A stretch of DNA of 43,756 bases from a bacterium (GCA_004322435.1 SCTT01000232.1:1-43756); one strand, 5' to 3'. Counted from the first letter of the stretch, positions 23,847 through 36,822 are shown. Notes: generated from the sequence alone by a model not told the origin. Translations and numbers: made by a program.

Positions 23847-25329
23847 GGGGAGCCTCGTCTAGGTTGATGTTGACCTGCTTCGTCTCGAGATACGCCTGGA
23901 TGCCGTAGAGGCCCAGCTCGCGGCCGTAGCCGCTCTGCTTGTAGCCCCCCCAGGGCATCTCGTTGAAGGTGGGGTGGTAGGTGTTGAGCCAGGTGATGCC
24001 GGCGCGCAGCTCTCTTAAGACGCGCACGCCCTTCGTGACGTTCGTCGTCCACACGCCGGCCGCCAGGCCGTACTCGGTGTCGTTGGCCAGGCGCACCGCC
24101 TCGGCCTCATCGGCGAACGGGATGACCGAGAGCACGGGCCCGAAGATCTCCTCGCGCGCGACGCGCATGGAGGGCTTCACGTGGTCGAAGATGGTGGGCT
24201 CGACGAACCAGCCCTTGTCGAACTCGGCGCCCTTGGGGCGCCCGCCGCCCAAGACCAGCTTGGCGCCCTCTTCCTTGCCGACCTTGATGTAGCCCTCCAC
24301 CTTGTCGCGGTGGGCCGAGCTCACGAGCGGCCCCATCTTGACGCCGGGGGTCAGGCCGTGGCCGAGCTTGATGCGCGGCGCCTTCTTGAGCATCGCGGCG
24401 ACGAGCTCCTTGTGGACCTTCTTCTCGACGAGGAGCCGCGAGCCGGCGGAGCACACCTCGCCCTGGTTGGCGAAGGCCGCGAAGAGGGCCCCGTCCACCG
24501 CGGCCTCGAAGTCGGCGTCGGCGAAGACGATGTTGGGGTTCTTGCCGCCGAGCTCGAGCGTCACCTTCTTCAAGTTGCCCGTGGCGGCCTGGGCGATGCG
24601 CCGTCCGGTGACGGTGCCGCCGGTGAAGGCGACCTTGTCGACGAGCGGGCTCTCGGCGAGCTCCTCGCCGACGCCGGCGCCGGGGCCGGTGACGACGTTG
24701 ACGACGCCGTCGGGGAAGCCGGCCTCGAGCAGGATGGGGCACAGCTCGAGGGCCGTCAGAGGGGTGAGCTCGGAGGGCTTGAGGACCACCGTGCAGCCGG
24801 CGGCGAGCGCCGGGGCCAGCTTCCAGGCGGCCATGAGGAGCGGGTAGTTCCAGGGGATGATCTGGCCGCAGACGCCCACGGGCTCCCGCAGCACGAAGCT
24901 CATCGAGTTGGCGGGCACCGACATCGTCTCGCCGTGGACCTTCGTGGCCAGGCCGCCGTAGAACTCGAAGCAGGCGGCGGCGTCGGCCGCGTCGTACTCG
25001 GCCTCGGCGAGAGGCTTGCCCATGTTGCGGACCTCGAGCTCGGCCAGGGACTTGGCCCGGGCCCGGATGCCCTCGGCGACCTTAAAGAGGAGGCGGCCGC
25101 GGTCCTGGGCGGTGGTCTTGCGCCAGGGGCCGGAGTCGAACGCGCGGCGGGCGGCGGCGACGGCCTTCTTGGCGTCGGCGCGGCCGGACTCGGGCACGCG
25201 GGCCAACAGCTCGCCCGAGGCGGGGTCGGTGATGTCCCGCAGGGCGCCGCCCTCGGCCTGGACCAGCTTGCCGTCGACGAGCATCGCGTAGGTCTTCACG
25301 GCGGTCTTCTTGGGGGCCAGGGTCTTCAT
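23833..25329 (-). CDS. NAD-dependent aldehyde dehydrogenase (aminobutyraldehyde / betaine-aldehyde dehydrogenase-like), 498 aa
   Basis: ALDH motifs FTGGTVTGRRI, ELGGKNP and GEVCSAGSRLLV (catalytic Cys) are present. The 3' end overlaps the gabT start by 14 nt. Confidence 0.88.
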   Translation of the reverse strand: MKTLAPKKTAVKTYAMLVDGKLVQAEGGALRDITDPASGELLARVPESGRADAKKAVAAARRAFDSGPWRKTTAQDRGRLLFKVAEGIRARAKSLAELEVRNMGKPLAEAEYDAADAAACFEFYGGLATKVHGETMSVPANSMSFVLREPVGVCGQIIPWNYPLLMAAWKLAPALAAGCTVVLKPSELTPLTALELCPILLEAGFPDGVVNVVTGPGAGVGEELAESPLVDKVAFTGGTVTGRRIAQAATGNLKKVTLELGGKNPNIVFADADFEAAVDGALFAAFANQGEVCSAGSRLLVEKKVHKELVAAMLKKAPRIKLGHGLTPGVKMGPLVSSAHRDKVEGYIKVGKEEGAKLVLGGGRPKGAEFDKGWFVEPTIFDHVKPSMRVAREEIFGPVLSVIPFADEAEAVRLANDTEYGLAAGVWTTNVTKGVRVLRELRAGITWLNTYHPTFNEMPWGGYKQSGYGRELGLYGIQAYLETKQVNINLDEAPLGWY

Positions 25330-25349
25330 AAGGGGGAATTGTACACCAA

Positions 25350-26282
25350 CTATTGCGTCCTCCTGTCGATGACGTAGGCGGAGCCGGTCTTGGCCTTGGC
25401 CGCCTTCTTGAGCTCGGCTCCCACCGAGCTGACCTCGCCGTAGCCCGTCAGGGGCCGGGACTGGTTGTGGCAGACCCCGACGGCGATGGACATGAGCGGG
25501 TATTCGACCGCGTTGCCCTGGCGGTCCTTCGAGAGGAGGCGCCCCCGGGCCCGGTCCTCGTCCTTATATAGGGAAGGGGCCGCGGCGTCGAAACGGGCGC
25601 AGACCTCCTTGGCCAGGGCCTCCATGCGGTCCGGCACCGTGACGACGAGGAAGTCGTCGCCGCCGATGTGGCCGACGAAGTCCTCGTGGGGGGCCCCGGC
25701 GGCCTTGACCGCCTCGAGGAGGACGTGGGAGGTCTCCTTGATGGCGCGGTCGCCGGCCGCGTAGCCGTAGGCGTCGTTGTAGGCCTTGAAGTTGTTCAAG
25801 TCGCAGTAGAGGACGGCCAGGGGGCCGCCCCGGCGCAGCGCGGCCTCGATGCGCGACTGGATGCTCGTGTTGCCGGGCAGGTGGGTCAGGGGGTTGGCGT
25901 CGAGGCACTGCTGGGCCCGGCGCAGGACCATCCGGACCCGGGCCACGAGCTCCGGCATGTCGAAGGGCTTGGTGATGAAGTCGTCGGCGCCCAGGTCCAG
26001 GCCGTGGATCTTGTTGTCCGAGGTGCCGGCCGCCGACATGATGAGGACGGGCAGCTGCTGGAGCAGCGGGTCGTCCTTGAGCTCGCGCACCACCGCGAAG
26101 CCGTCCATCCCGGGCATCCACAGATCGAGGATGACCGCGTCGGGGGGGTCCTTCCGGATGAGGTCCAGGGCCGTCGGACCGTCGGGGGCGGTGCGCACCT
26201 CGTAGCCGGCGCGCCCCAAGGACTCCCGGATGAGGAGCAGCAGGTCTTCGGTGTCGTCGACGACGACGAGGCGTCCGGGCAT
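25350..26282 (-). CDS. Response-regulator receiver + GGDEF-like domain protein (motif GGDDF), 310 aa from ATG26282
   Basis: The Rec domain reads RLVVVDDTEDLLLL..DAVILDLWMPGMDG..ITKPF. The GGDEF-like domain reads PLTHLPGN..LYCDLNNFKAYNDAYGYAAGDRAIK..FVGHIGGDDFLVV. The ORF-track start (TTG 26342) adds 20 non-conserved residues, and ATG 26336 is a further alternative. Confidence 0.8.
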   Translation of the reverse strand: MPGRLVVVDDTEDLLLLIRESLGRAGYEVRTAPDGPTALDLIRKDPPDAVILDLWMPGMDGFAVVRELKDDPLLQQLPVLIMSAAGTSDNKIHGLDLGADDFITKPFDMPELVARVRMVLRRAQQCLDANPLTHLPGNTSIQSRIEAALRRGGPLAVLYCDLNNFKAYNDAYGYAAGDRAIKETSHVLLEAVKAAGAPHEDFVGHIGGDDFLVVTVPDRMEALAKEVCARFDAAAPSLYKDEDRARGRLLSKDRQGNAVEYPLMSIAVGVCHNQSRPLTGYGEVSSVGAELKKAAKAKTGSAYVIDRRTQ

Positions 26283-26401
26283 CGGGGGGACTCTACCAAA
26301 ATGGCCCGCGGGGGGCTTCCCCCGAGGTTTGACCATGGTCAATGATTTGAATCAAGCGGCGCTCTCGGCCGTTTTTCGTAGAATGACCCGTCGCTCTTTG
26401 G

Positions 26402-26650
26402 ATGCCGTCAAAACCGACCGAACCACCGCCCGCAGGCCCCGGACCGCAGGGGAGCCCGTTGGGCGCGGCGATGAGCCTGGGGCTCGAGCTGGCCGTGGCG
26501 ATGGTCCTGGGCGTCGTCGGCGGCCGGTGGGCCGACGAGAAGCTCGGGACCTCGCCCGCCCTGCTCCTCACCGGGGTCGCGCTGGGGTTCGGAGCGGGAC
26601 TTTACCTCCTCGTCCGTGGCGTCAAACAGGCTCAGACCCCTCGCCGCTAG
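26402..26650 (+). CDS. atpZ: AtpZ/AtpI-family small membrane protein (82 aa)
   Basis: LGLELAVAMVLGVVGGRWADEKLGTSPALLLTGVALGFGAGLYLL is the typical two-helix AtpZ pattern. It is the first gene of the atp operon. Confidence 0.75.
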   Translation: MPSKPTEPPPAGPGPQGSPLGAAMSLGLELAVAMVLGVVGGRWADEKLGTSPALLLTGVALGFGAGLYLLVRGVKQAQTPRR

Positions 26651-26996
26651 CGCCGTCGAGGGCGCCGTCCTGGCCCTCGCGGCCGGGGCCGCGTCCTGGG
26701 CGCTTCTGGGGCCGGGGAGCCGGGGCCGGGCCGCCGTGGGCCTGGGCCTGGCCTGGGGGGTGTCGACGGCGAGCATCGCCCTCCTCGCTTTGACCCGCGG
26801 GGGGTCTTTCCAGACCTTCCTGCGGGGGTTCGGGGCGGGGGTGGGCTTAAGGGCCTCGGTCCTCGTGCTGCTCGTCGCGGCGACGTGGAGCGAGGGTTGG
26901 GAGGGGCAGGCGCCCCTGTTGAGCGCGTACGTGCTGGGAACATTGGGGCTGTTCACCCTCGAGGTGCGGCACCTGAGGCCTGAGAAGAGACCATGA
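26616..26996 (+). CDS. atpI: ATP synthase protein I-like membrane protein (126 aa; start uncertain)
   Basis: It has four hydrophobic helices and sits between atpZ and atpB. Its stop overlaps the atpB ATG (ATGA). GTG 26616 overlaps atpZ by 35 nt. Confidence 0.55.
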   Translation: MASNRLRPLAASAVEGAVLALAAGAASWALLGPGSRGRAAVGLGLAWGVSTASIALLALTRGGSFQTFLRGFGAGVGLRASVLVLLVAATWSEGWEGQAPLLSAYVLGTLGLFTLEVRHLRPEKRP

Positions 26997-27802
26997 ACAT
27001 CGAACAAGTCCTCCATCACCACCTCATCGACCACACCTTCTTCACCCTCTTCACGCTCCCCGGCGGCGTCGCGATGAACCTCACCAAGCACCTGGTGATG
27101 ATCTGGCTGGTGAGCCTGACCGCGCTCGGCACCCTCACCTTCGCCGCCCGCGGCGAGGGCCAGGCGGCCCTGATCCTGCGCACCGGCGTCGAGGCCCTGG
27201 TCCTCTACATCCGCGATAACATCGTCGAGCCCCTGCTCGGCCACGAGGCGCACCGCTACCTGCACTATTTCCTGACCCTCTTCTTCTTCATCTTCTTCTG
27301 CAACCTGGCCGGCATGCTGCCCTTGGACGCCGTCCCGGGCAACCCGGGCGTCTCGGGCACCGCCACCGGCAACGTCGGCGTGACCGCCGGCCTGGCCCTG
27401 TGCACTTTGGGGCTCATCGTTCTGGGCGGCGTGCGCGCGCAGGGCCTGTTGGGGTTCCTCAAGCACTTCGCCCCCGTCCCGGCCGGCCTGCCGATGGCCT
27501 TCATCGCGGCCCCGGTCCTGGGCGCCGTCCTCTTCGTCATCGAGATCGTGGGCCTCGTGGTCAAGATCTTCGCGCTCACCATCCGCTTGTTCGCCAACAT
27601 GATCGCCGGCCACATCGTCATCATCGGCTTCTTCTCGCTCATCTTCATCATCGGCCGCTCCGGCGTGCTCGTGACCGGCCCGTTCGCCCTTTTCATGGTG
27701 ACGTTCGTGAACTGCTTGGAGCTTCTTGTCGCGTTCCTCCAGGCGTTCATCTTCACCTTGCTGACGGCCGTCTTCGTCGGCGGGGTGATGCAGCACCATT
27801 GA
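26993..27802 (+). CDS. atpB: F0 ATP synthase subunit a
   Basis: The conserved LTIRLFANMIAGH motif contains the essential Arg. The protein is polytopic. Confidence 0.92.
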   Translation: MNIEQVLHHHLIDHTFFTLFTLPGGVAMNLTKHLVMIWLVSLTALGTLTFAARGEGQAALILRTGVEALVLYIRDNIVEPLLGHEAHRYLHYFLTLFFFIFFCNLAGMLPLDAVPGNPGVSGTATGNVGVTAGLALCTLGLIVLGGVRAQGLLGFLKHFAPVPAGLPMAFIAAPVLGAVLFVIEIVGLVVKIFALTIRLFANMIAGHIVIIGFFSLIFIIGRSGVLVTGPFALFMVTFVNCLELLVAFLQAFIFTLLTAVFVGGVMQHH

Positions 27803-27809
27803 CGCGCAC

Positions 27810-27830
27810 CGGCCGCGCAGGGCGCGGCCG
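27810..27830 (+). promoter_or_regulatory. Intercistronic GC hairpin between atpB and atpE
   Basis: CGGCCGCG-N5-CGCGGCCG is a perfect 8-bp stem in the 92-nt atpB-atpE gap. It may be an mRNA stability or processing element. No T-tract follows. Confidence 0.3.
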
Positions 27831-27894
27831 AGGTCGGACCCGGCCCGCCGAGCCGTTTCGCGAGGCCGTAAGCCGTAAACAGAGAGGAACTTAG

Positions 27895-28188
27895 ATGGCC
27901 ATGTGGCACCTTGCGTTCGGTTACCTCGGCGTCGGTCTCGGCGCCGGTCTCGTCCTGCTCGCCGCCGGCTTCGGCATCGCCAAGCTCGCGTCCGCCGCCC
28001 TCGAGGGCGCGGCCCGCCAGCCCGAGGCGGCCGGCCAGCTGCAGACGATGATGATCATCCCGGCCGCCATGATCGAAGGCGCGGCGCTGTTCGCGCTCGT
28101 GATCTTCTTCCTGGCCGGCGGCGCCTTGAACAAGGGCGTCGAGATGGGCGGGCACGGCGCGGAAGCCCCGGCGGCTTCGGCCCACTAA
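27895..28188 (+). CDS. atpE: F0 ATP synthase subunit c (97 aa, with a ~20-aa C-terminal extension)
   Basis: SD GAGAGGAA lies upstream. A Gly-rich helix 1 is followed by the loop ARQPE and helix 2 AAMIEGAALFALVIFF (carboxylate Glu, H+-type context E-G). The extra tail is GGALNKGVEMGGHGAEAPAASAH. Confidence 0.9.
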   Translation: MAMWHLAFGYLGVGLGAGLVLLAAGFGIAKLASAALEGAARQPEAAGQLQTMMIIPAAMIEGAALFALVIFFLAGGALNKGVEMGGHGAEAPAASAH

Positions 28189-28268
28189 GACCGCGGCGGG
28201 GGCTCCCCGAGGGGGAGCCCCCGCCCGGCACCGATTTGAAGCACCCTGAGAGAACGTAAGGAGCCGAC

Positions 28269-28775
28269 ATGGACGCGCTGCTGAACCCCGACAAGGGACT
28301 GATCCTCTGGACCATCATGTCCTTCCTGATCCTCGTGGGCCTCATGAAGGCCTTCGCGTGGGGGCCGCTGCTCCACGCCATCGAGGAGCGCGAGGCCAAG
28401 ATGCGCGAGGAGCGCGAGAAGGCCGAGGCCGCCCGCAAGGACGCCGAGCGCATCGCGCGCGAGCTCGAGGCGCGCCTGGCCTCCGCCGCCGACGAGGCCC
28501 GCGCCGTCGTCGCGAAGGCCGGTCTGGAGGGCGAGGCCCTGCGCTCGAGGCTCAAGGCCGACGCCGAGGCCGAGGCCAAGGCGATGCTCGACAAGACCCG
28601 CGCCCAGCTCGACGAGGACAAGCGCCGCATCGTCTCGGACCTGCGCAAGGAGGTCGCCGAGCTCTCCTTGGCCGCCGCCGAGCGCCTGGTCAAGAAGTCG
28701 GTCGACTCCGGCACCCAGAAGTCCGTGATGGACGAGTTCTTCAGCGACCTGGCCGCCGGGAAGGGCAAGAACTGA
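28269..28775 (+). CDS. atpF: F0 ATP synthase subunit b
   Basis: SD AAGGAG lies upstream. A single N-terminal TM ([16 protein letters not shown]) is followed by a long charged helix. Confidence 0.9.
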   Translation: MDALLNPDKGLILWTIMSFLILVGLMKAFAWGPLLHAIEEREAKMREEREKAEAARKDAERIARELEARLASAADEARAVVAKAGLEGEALRSRLKADAEAEAKAMLDKTRAQLDEDKRRIVSDLRKEVAELSLAAAERLVKKSVDSGTQKSVMDEFFSDLAAGKGKN

Positions 28776-29314
28776 TGCAGCTCGCCGACCGCGCGCTCGC
28801 CCGCCGCTACGCCGCCGCCCTCTACCAGAGCGCCTCGGGGCGCAAGGAAGAGGAGAAGGTGGGGGCCGAGCTCTTGAAGGCGGCGCGCACGCTGGCCGGG
28901 GCCATGGCCGAGTTCCGCCACCCCCGCGTCAGCGTCGCCGACAAGAAGGCGCGGCTCAAGGCCGTGCTGGGCGAGGGCGTCTCGCGGCCCGTGCTGCGGT
29001 TCTTGGAGCTCCTCATCGAGAAGAAGCGCTTCAACCTGCTGCCCTCGATGGCCGGCGACTACCAGCGCTTCGCCGACGCCGGCCGCGGGGTCGTCCACGC
29101 GGCGGTCAAGACCGCGCGGCCTTTAAGCGAGGTCGAGGCCAAGCTCATGGCCGACCGGCTCGGCGGCTTCTTGGGCAAGACGGTCCTCTTGGACGTGAAG
29201 GAAGACCCGGAGCTGATGGCGGGCGTCGTGGTCCGCGTCGGCGATTGGGTCTTGGACGGGAGCCTCAAGGGCCGCCTCAAGGCCCTGCATCAGACGTTGG
29301 TCGGTTCAAACTAA
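28775..29314 (+). CDS. atpH: F1 ATP synthase subunit delta (OSCP), 179 aa
   Basis: The ATG overlaps the atpF stop (TGATG). The sequence is [10 protein letters not shown]...[28 protein letters not shown]. Confidence 0.88.
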   Translation: MQLADRALARRYAAALYQSASGRKEEEKVGAELLKAARTLAGAMAEFRHPRVSVADKKARLKAVLGEGVSRPVLRFLELLIEKKRFNLLPSMAGDYQRFADAGRGVVHAAVKTARPLSEVEAKLMADRLGGFLGKTVLLDVKEDPELMAGVVVRVGDWVLDGSLKGRLKALHQTLVGSN

Positions 29315-29331
29315 AGACGAGGGCATCAACC

Positions 29332-30845
<1,514 letters not shown>

Positions 30846-30846
<1 letters not shown>

Positions 30847-31301
30847 TGAAGCGCGCCGTCGCCCTCGCCCTCCTGCTCGCCGCGGCCCTCCCCGGGGCGC
30901 GCGCCCAGTATCTGGGCGGGGCGGTGCCGTCGGCTCCCGGCATCATCAACATGAGCCTGATGGAGGCTCTGGTCGCCATCAAACACCCGGAGCTCGCGGG
31001 GGTGTTCGCCTACGTCCCCGACGCGCAGACCTCGGTGGCGATGGCCGACTTCCTGATGCGCGAGCACGGGGCGCTTAAGCGCTTCTTGAAGAAGGTCGAG
31101 GCGGACCACAAGAAGCTCAAGCTCGTCAACGGCTGGGACAAGGAGGTCTGCCTGCACATCGTCGCGGCGACCGCCAACCGGACCGTGCCGCCCGGGGCCG
31201 AGGCGCTCTCGAAGCGCCTCTACGACCGGGTGAGCCTGATGTCGCTGGCGGTCGGCGTCCCCCTCGAGGTCGTCATCCAGCGCCGGGCGGCGGTCCGGTG
31301 A
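30846..31301 (+). CDS. Secreted hypothetical protein (151 aa) inserted in the atp operon
   Basis: The ATG overlaps the atpA stop (TGATG). The signal peptide is MKRAVALALLLAAALPGARA. The stop overlaps the next start (GTGA). No family was recognised. Confidence 0.6.
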
Positions 31302-32230
31302 AGCGCGCGCTCGTCACGGGCGGGGCCGGCTTCGTGGGCTCGAACCTGGCCCTCGAGCTCGAGCGCCGGGGCGTGGCGGTCGTGGTCCTCGACGATTTCT
31401 CCTCCGGGCACTTCGAGAACTTGAAGGGCTTTAAGGGCGACTGCGTGGCCGGCGACGTCTCGAAGCCCGCCGAGTGGCTCGGCCGCATCGGGGCCGTCGA
31501 CTGCGTCTTCCACCAGGCCGCCATCACGGATACGACGGTCATGGACCAGAAGCGGATGCTGGAGGTCAACGTCGAGGGCTTTCGGAACGTCCTCTCCTTC
31601 GCCGTCGAGAGCGGCGTGCGCCGCGTCGTCTATGCCTCCTCCGCCGGCACCTACGGCGCCGGCCCCGTGCCGATGCGCGAGGGCCAGGCCCCCGAGCCGA
31701 TGAACGTGTACGGCTTCTCCAAGATGGTCATGGAGCGGGCGGCCGAGGGCTTCCTGCAAGAGGAGCCCTCCCTCAAGGTGGTCGGCCTGCGCTACTTCAA
31801 CGTCTTCGGCCCCGGCGAGGCCCACAAGGGCAAGGTCGCCAGCATGATCTGGCAGCTCTACGGCCAGATGAAGGCCGGAAAGCGCCCGCGCATCTTCCGC
31901 GCCGGCGAGCAGTACCGCGACCATATCTACGTCAAAGACGTCGTCGCGGCCAACCTCAAAGCCGCCGAGGCGGCCCAGTCGGGCGTCTACAACGTCTGCA
32001 CGGGCCGGGCCACGACCTTCAACGAGGTCGTCTCCGCCTTAAACGCCGTGCTCGGCACCAGCCTCGAGCCCGACTATTTCGAGAACCCCTACTCCTTCTA
32101 TCAGAACGAGACGCAGGGCGACCCGTCGGCCGCCGCCGCCGGGCTGGGGTTCAAGGCGTCGTGGGCGTTCCGCGACGCCGTCGCCGACTATCTGGGGAAC
32201 AAGGCCGCGAAGGTCGCGGCCGGGGCATAG
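31298..32230 (+). CDS. hldD: ADP-L-glycero-D-manno-heptose 6-epimerase-like NAD-dependent epimerase (310 aa)
   Basis: VTGGAGFVGSN, ASSAGTYG, PMNVYGFSK, RYFNVFGPGEAHKGKVASM and YQNETQGD parallel E. coli HldD (ASSAATYG, PLNVYGYSK, RYFNVYGPREGHKGSMASV, YQAFTQAD). Confidence 0.72.
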   Translation: MKRALVTGGAGFVGSNLALELERRGVAVVVLDDFSSGHFENLKGFKGDCVAGDVSKPAEWLGRIGAVDCVFHQAAITDTTVMDQKRMLEVNVEGFRNVLSFAVESGVRRVVYASSAGTYGAGPVPMREGQAPEPMNVYGFSKMVMERAAEGFLQEEPSLKVVGLRYFNVFGPGEAHKGKVASMIWQLYGQMKAGKRPRIFRAGEQYRDHIYVKDVVAANLKAAEAAQSGVYNVCTGRATTFNEVVSALNAVLGTSLEPDYFENPYSFYQNETQGDPSAAAAGLGFKASWAFRDAVADYLGNKAAKVAAGA

Positions 32231-32233
32231 ACC

Positions 32234-34928
<2,695 letters not shown>

Positions 34929-34929
34929 C

Positions 34930-35382
34930 ATGGCCAAAACCCTCACGGTAGAGCTCGTCACGCCCGAGAAGTCGGCGCTCACGCAGACGGCCGACTTCGT
35001 GGCCCTGCCCGCCTTCGAGGGCGAGATGGGCGTGCTGCCCGGCCACGAGGCCTTCCTCGTGCAGCTGGGCGCCGGCGAGGTGCGCGTGCGCCGCGGCGCC
35101 GAGACCTCGAGCTTCGCGGTGTCGGGCGGCTTCGCCGAGATCCTCCACGACAAGGTCTCGGTGTTCGCCGAGACCGCCGAGATGGCCTCCGAGATCGACG
35201 CCGAGCGCGCCCGCCAGGACCTGGAGCGCGCGAAGGCCGAGAGCCGGACGCCCGGGCTCGACCCGCTGACGCTGGCCCAGGCCGAGGCGCAGATGCGCCA
35301 GGCCCAGGCCCGCGTGCGCGTGGCCCAGCTGCGCGGCCGCCGTCCGGTGAAGCCCGCGCCGCAGGACACGCACGGGCTCTAA
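34930..35382 (+). CDS. atpC: F1 ATP synthase subunit epsilon
   Basis: It starts 1 nt after the atpD stop. The sequence is LTVELVTPEK..LPAFEGEMGVLPGHEAFL.., with a C-terminal helical hairpin. Confidence 0.9.
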   Translation: MAKTLTVELVTPEKSALTQTADFVALPAFEGEMGVLPGHEAFLVQLGAGEVRVRRGAETSSFAVSGGFAEILHDKVSVFAETAEMASEIDAERARQDLERAKAESRTPGLDPLTLAQAEAQMRQAQARVRVAQLRGRRPVKPAPQDTHGL

Positions 35383-35383
35383 G

Positions 35384-35815
35384 GTGCGCTCCGCGCGTCT
35401 GAGAGGCACGCTCCTCGTCCTGGGGGCGTGCCTCTTCGCTTTCGGCGCGGGGGCGCAGGCCCCCGAGGTGCCGCCGCAGGGACATCCCTACAAGGCCATC
35501 CACTCGTTGGCGCTGACCGTCAAGGACCTGCCGGCGGCGCGCGCGAAGGTCGAGGCGGCCTTGAAGGCGGCGGGAGCGTCCGACACGCTCGCTCCCGAGA
35601 ACAAGGTGGGATCCGACAAGGTCGGCTACGCGCAATGGTCCTGGGCGGTCCCCGCCAAATCCCTCGAGAAGCTCCTCAAGCGCCTGCGCCGCTTGGGGAA
35701 GGTGACGCGCGACGTCCGTCAGGCGAACATCCCGGCGGCGGGGACCCCGGCTCTGCCCGACCGCGTCCTGCTCAACCTCGCCGTCGACGGCCCCCCCGTC
35801 CCCGAGAAGAAGTGA
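35384..35815 (+). CDS. Secreted hypothetical protein (143 aa)
   Basis: The GTG lies 1 nt after the atpC stop. The signal peptide is LLVLGACLFAFGAGAQA. No family was recognised. Confidence 0.5.
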   Translation: MRSARLRGTLLVLGACLFAFGAGAQAPEVPPQGHPYKAIHSLALTVKDLPAARAKVEAALKAAGASDTLAPENKVGSDKVGYAQWSWAVPAKSLEKLLKRLRRLGKVTRDVRQANIPAAGTPALPDRVLLNLAVDGPPVPEKK

Positions 35816-36822
35816 GGGGCCGCCTCGGCGTCCTGCTGGCCGCGGCCCTGCTGGCCGGCTGCCTGCCGGAGCTTCCCGAGGGCAAGAAGAATCCCTGGGC
35901 GGTGAAGCCTCCGAAGACGCCCACCGACATCCGCAAGATCCCTCACACCTTCTCGCTGTCTTTGACCTCGGGCCGGACCGCCGAGAGCGTCCGGCTGGAC
36001 GCGCTGGCCACCGGCCAGGTCCGCACCCGCGGCGAGACTGTGTCCTCCATGAAGAGCTGGCACGCGAAGCTCAAGCTCGACGCTCCGGCCTTCGTCGTCC
36101 GCCACTCCTCGGCCGGAGTCGTCCTCTTCGGCACCGGCCTGTCCCCGGACCCGGCGCGCCGGCCCGAGAACCTCCTGAGCGTCGTCGAGCAGCGCCCTTG
36201 GACCTACGCGCGCAAAAAGGGCCAGGACGCGGTCAGCCAGCTGGCCGCCATGGGCATCGCCGCCGAGGACGTGCGCTGGGTGCTCCTGTCCTCGCTTGAG
36301 CCCGAGCAGGCGGGGATGGTCGAGGCCTTCCCCGAGGCGAGCGTCGTCGTCAGCCGCCGGGAGTGGGAGTGGCGGAAAGGGAAGCTCAAGCCCGCCGACA
36401 AGGGCTACGCCCTCTCGCCCGAGGCCCTGGAGGCCGCGCTCGGCCCGCGCCTCAAGCTCGTGGACCTTTCGGACAAGCCGGCCTTCGGCCCTTTCGAGAA
36501 CGGCCTGGACCTCTTCGCCGACGGCGCGCTCATCCTCGTGGCCCTGCCCGGCCGCACCCCGGGGACCCTGGGGCTGTGGGCCAACCTCGACGACGGGCCG
36601 CTCCTCATGACCGGCTCGGCCGCCTACGTCTTAGACAACTATCTGGACCTGGCCCTGCCGGTGCAGGGCCGCTTCGACGACCTTGAGGAGTATTGGCGCA
36701 GCCTCCAGTGCATCAAGGCGGCGATGCGCGGGGTCCCGCGACTGACCGTCGTCCCCGGAAACGACCTGACGCCCCTGCGGCTTTCGGGGCGCAAAGACAT
36801 CCCCATCCACGTCCGGAAATAG
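35812..36822 (+). CDS. Lipoprotein with a degenerate metallo-beta-lactamase (AHL-lactonase-like) fold lacking metal ligands (336 aa)
   Basis: The GTG overlaps the upstream stop (GTGA). The lipobox is LLAGC. The MBL-like blocks are VVLFGTGL, VLLSSLEPEQAG (in place of LTHxHxDHxG), LPGRTPGT (in place of PGHTPGH) and MTGSAAY (in place of GDA). Confidence 0.6.
   Translation: MRGRLGVLLAAALLAGCLPELPEGKKNPWAVKPPKTPTDIRKIPHTFSLSLTSGRTAESVRLDALATGQVRTRGETVSSMKSWHAKLKLDAPAFVVRHSSAGVVLFGTGLSPDPARRPENLLSVVEQRPWTYARKKGQDAVSQLAAMGIAAEDVRWVLLSSLEPEQAGMVEAFPEASVVVSRREWEWRKGKLKPADKGYALSPEALEAALGPRLKLVDLSDKPAFGPFENGLDLFADGALILVALPGRTPGTLGLWANLDDGPLLMTGSAAYVLDNYLDLALPVQGRFDDLEEYWRSLQCIKAAMRGVPRLTVVPGNDLTPLRLSGRKDIPIHVRK

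Noticed and set aside
26283-26342. ORF-track TTG start (26342) extending the response regulator by 20 residues
   Set aside because: The extension (MTMVKPRGKPPAGHFGRVPP) is not receiver-domain sequence, and receiver domains normally begin a few residues before the hhhVDD strand. ATG 26282 is preferred, but it lacks a convincing SD, so the start remains uncertain. My hand count in 26281-26400 was also 1 nt out of register with the ORF track, so I deferred to the track frames.
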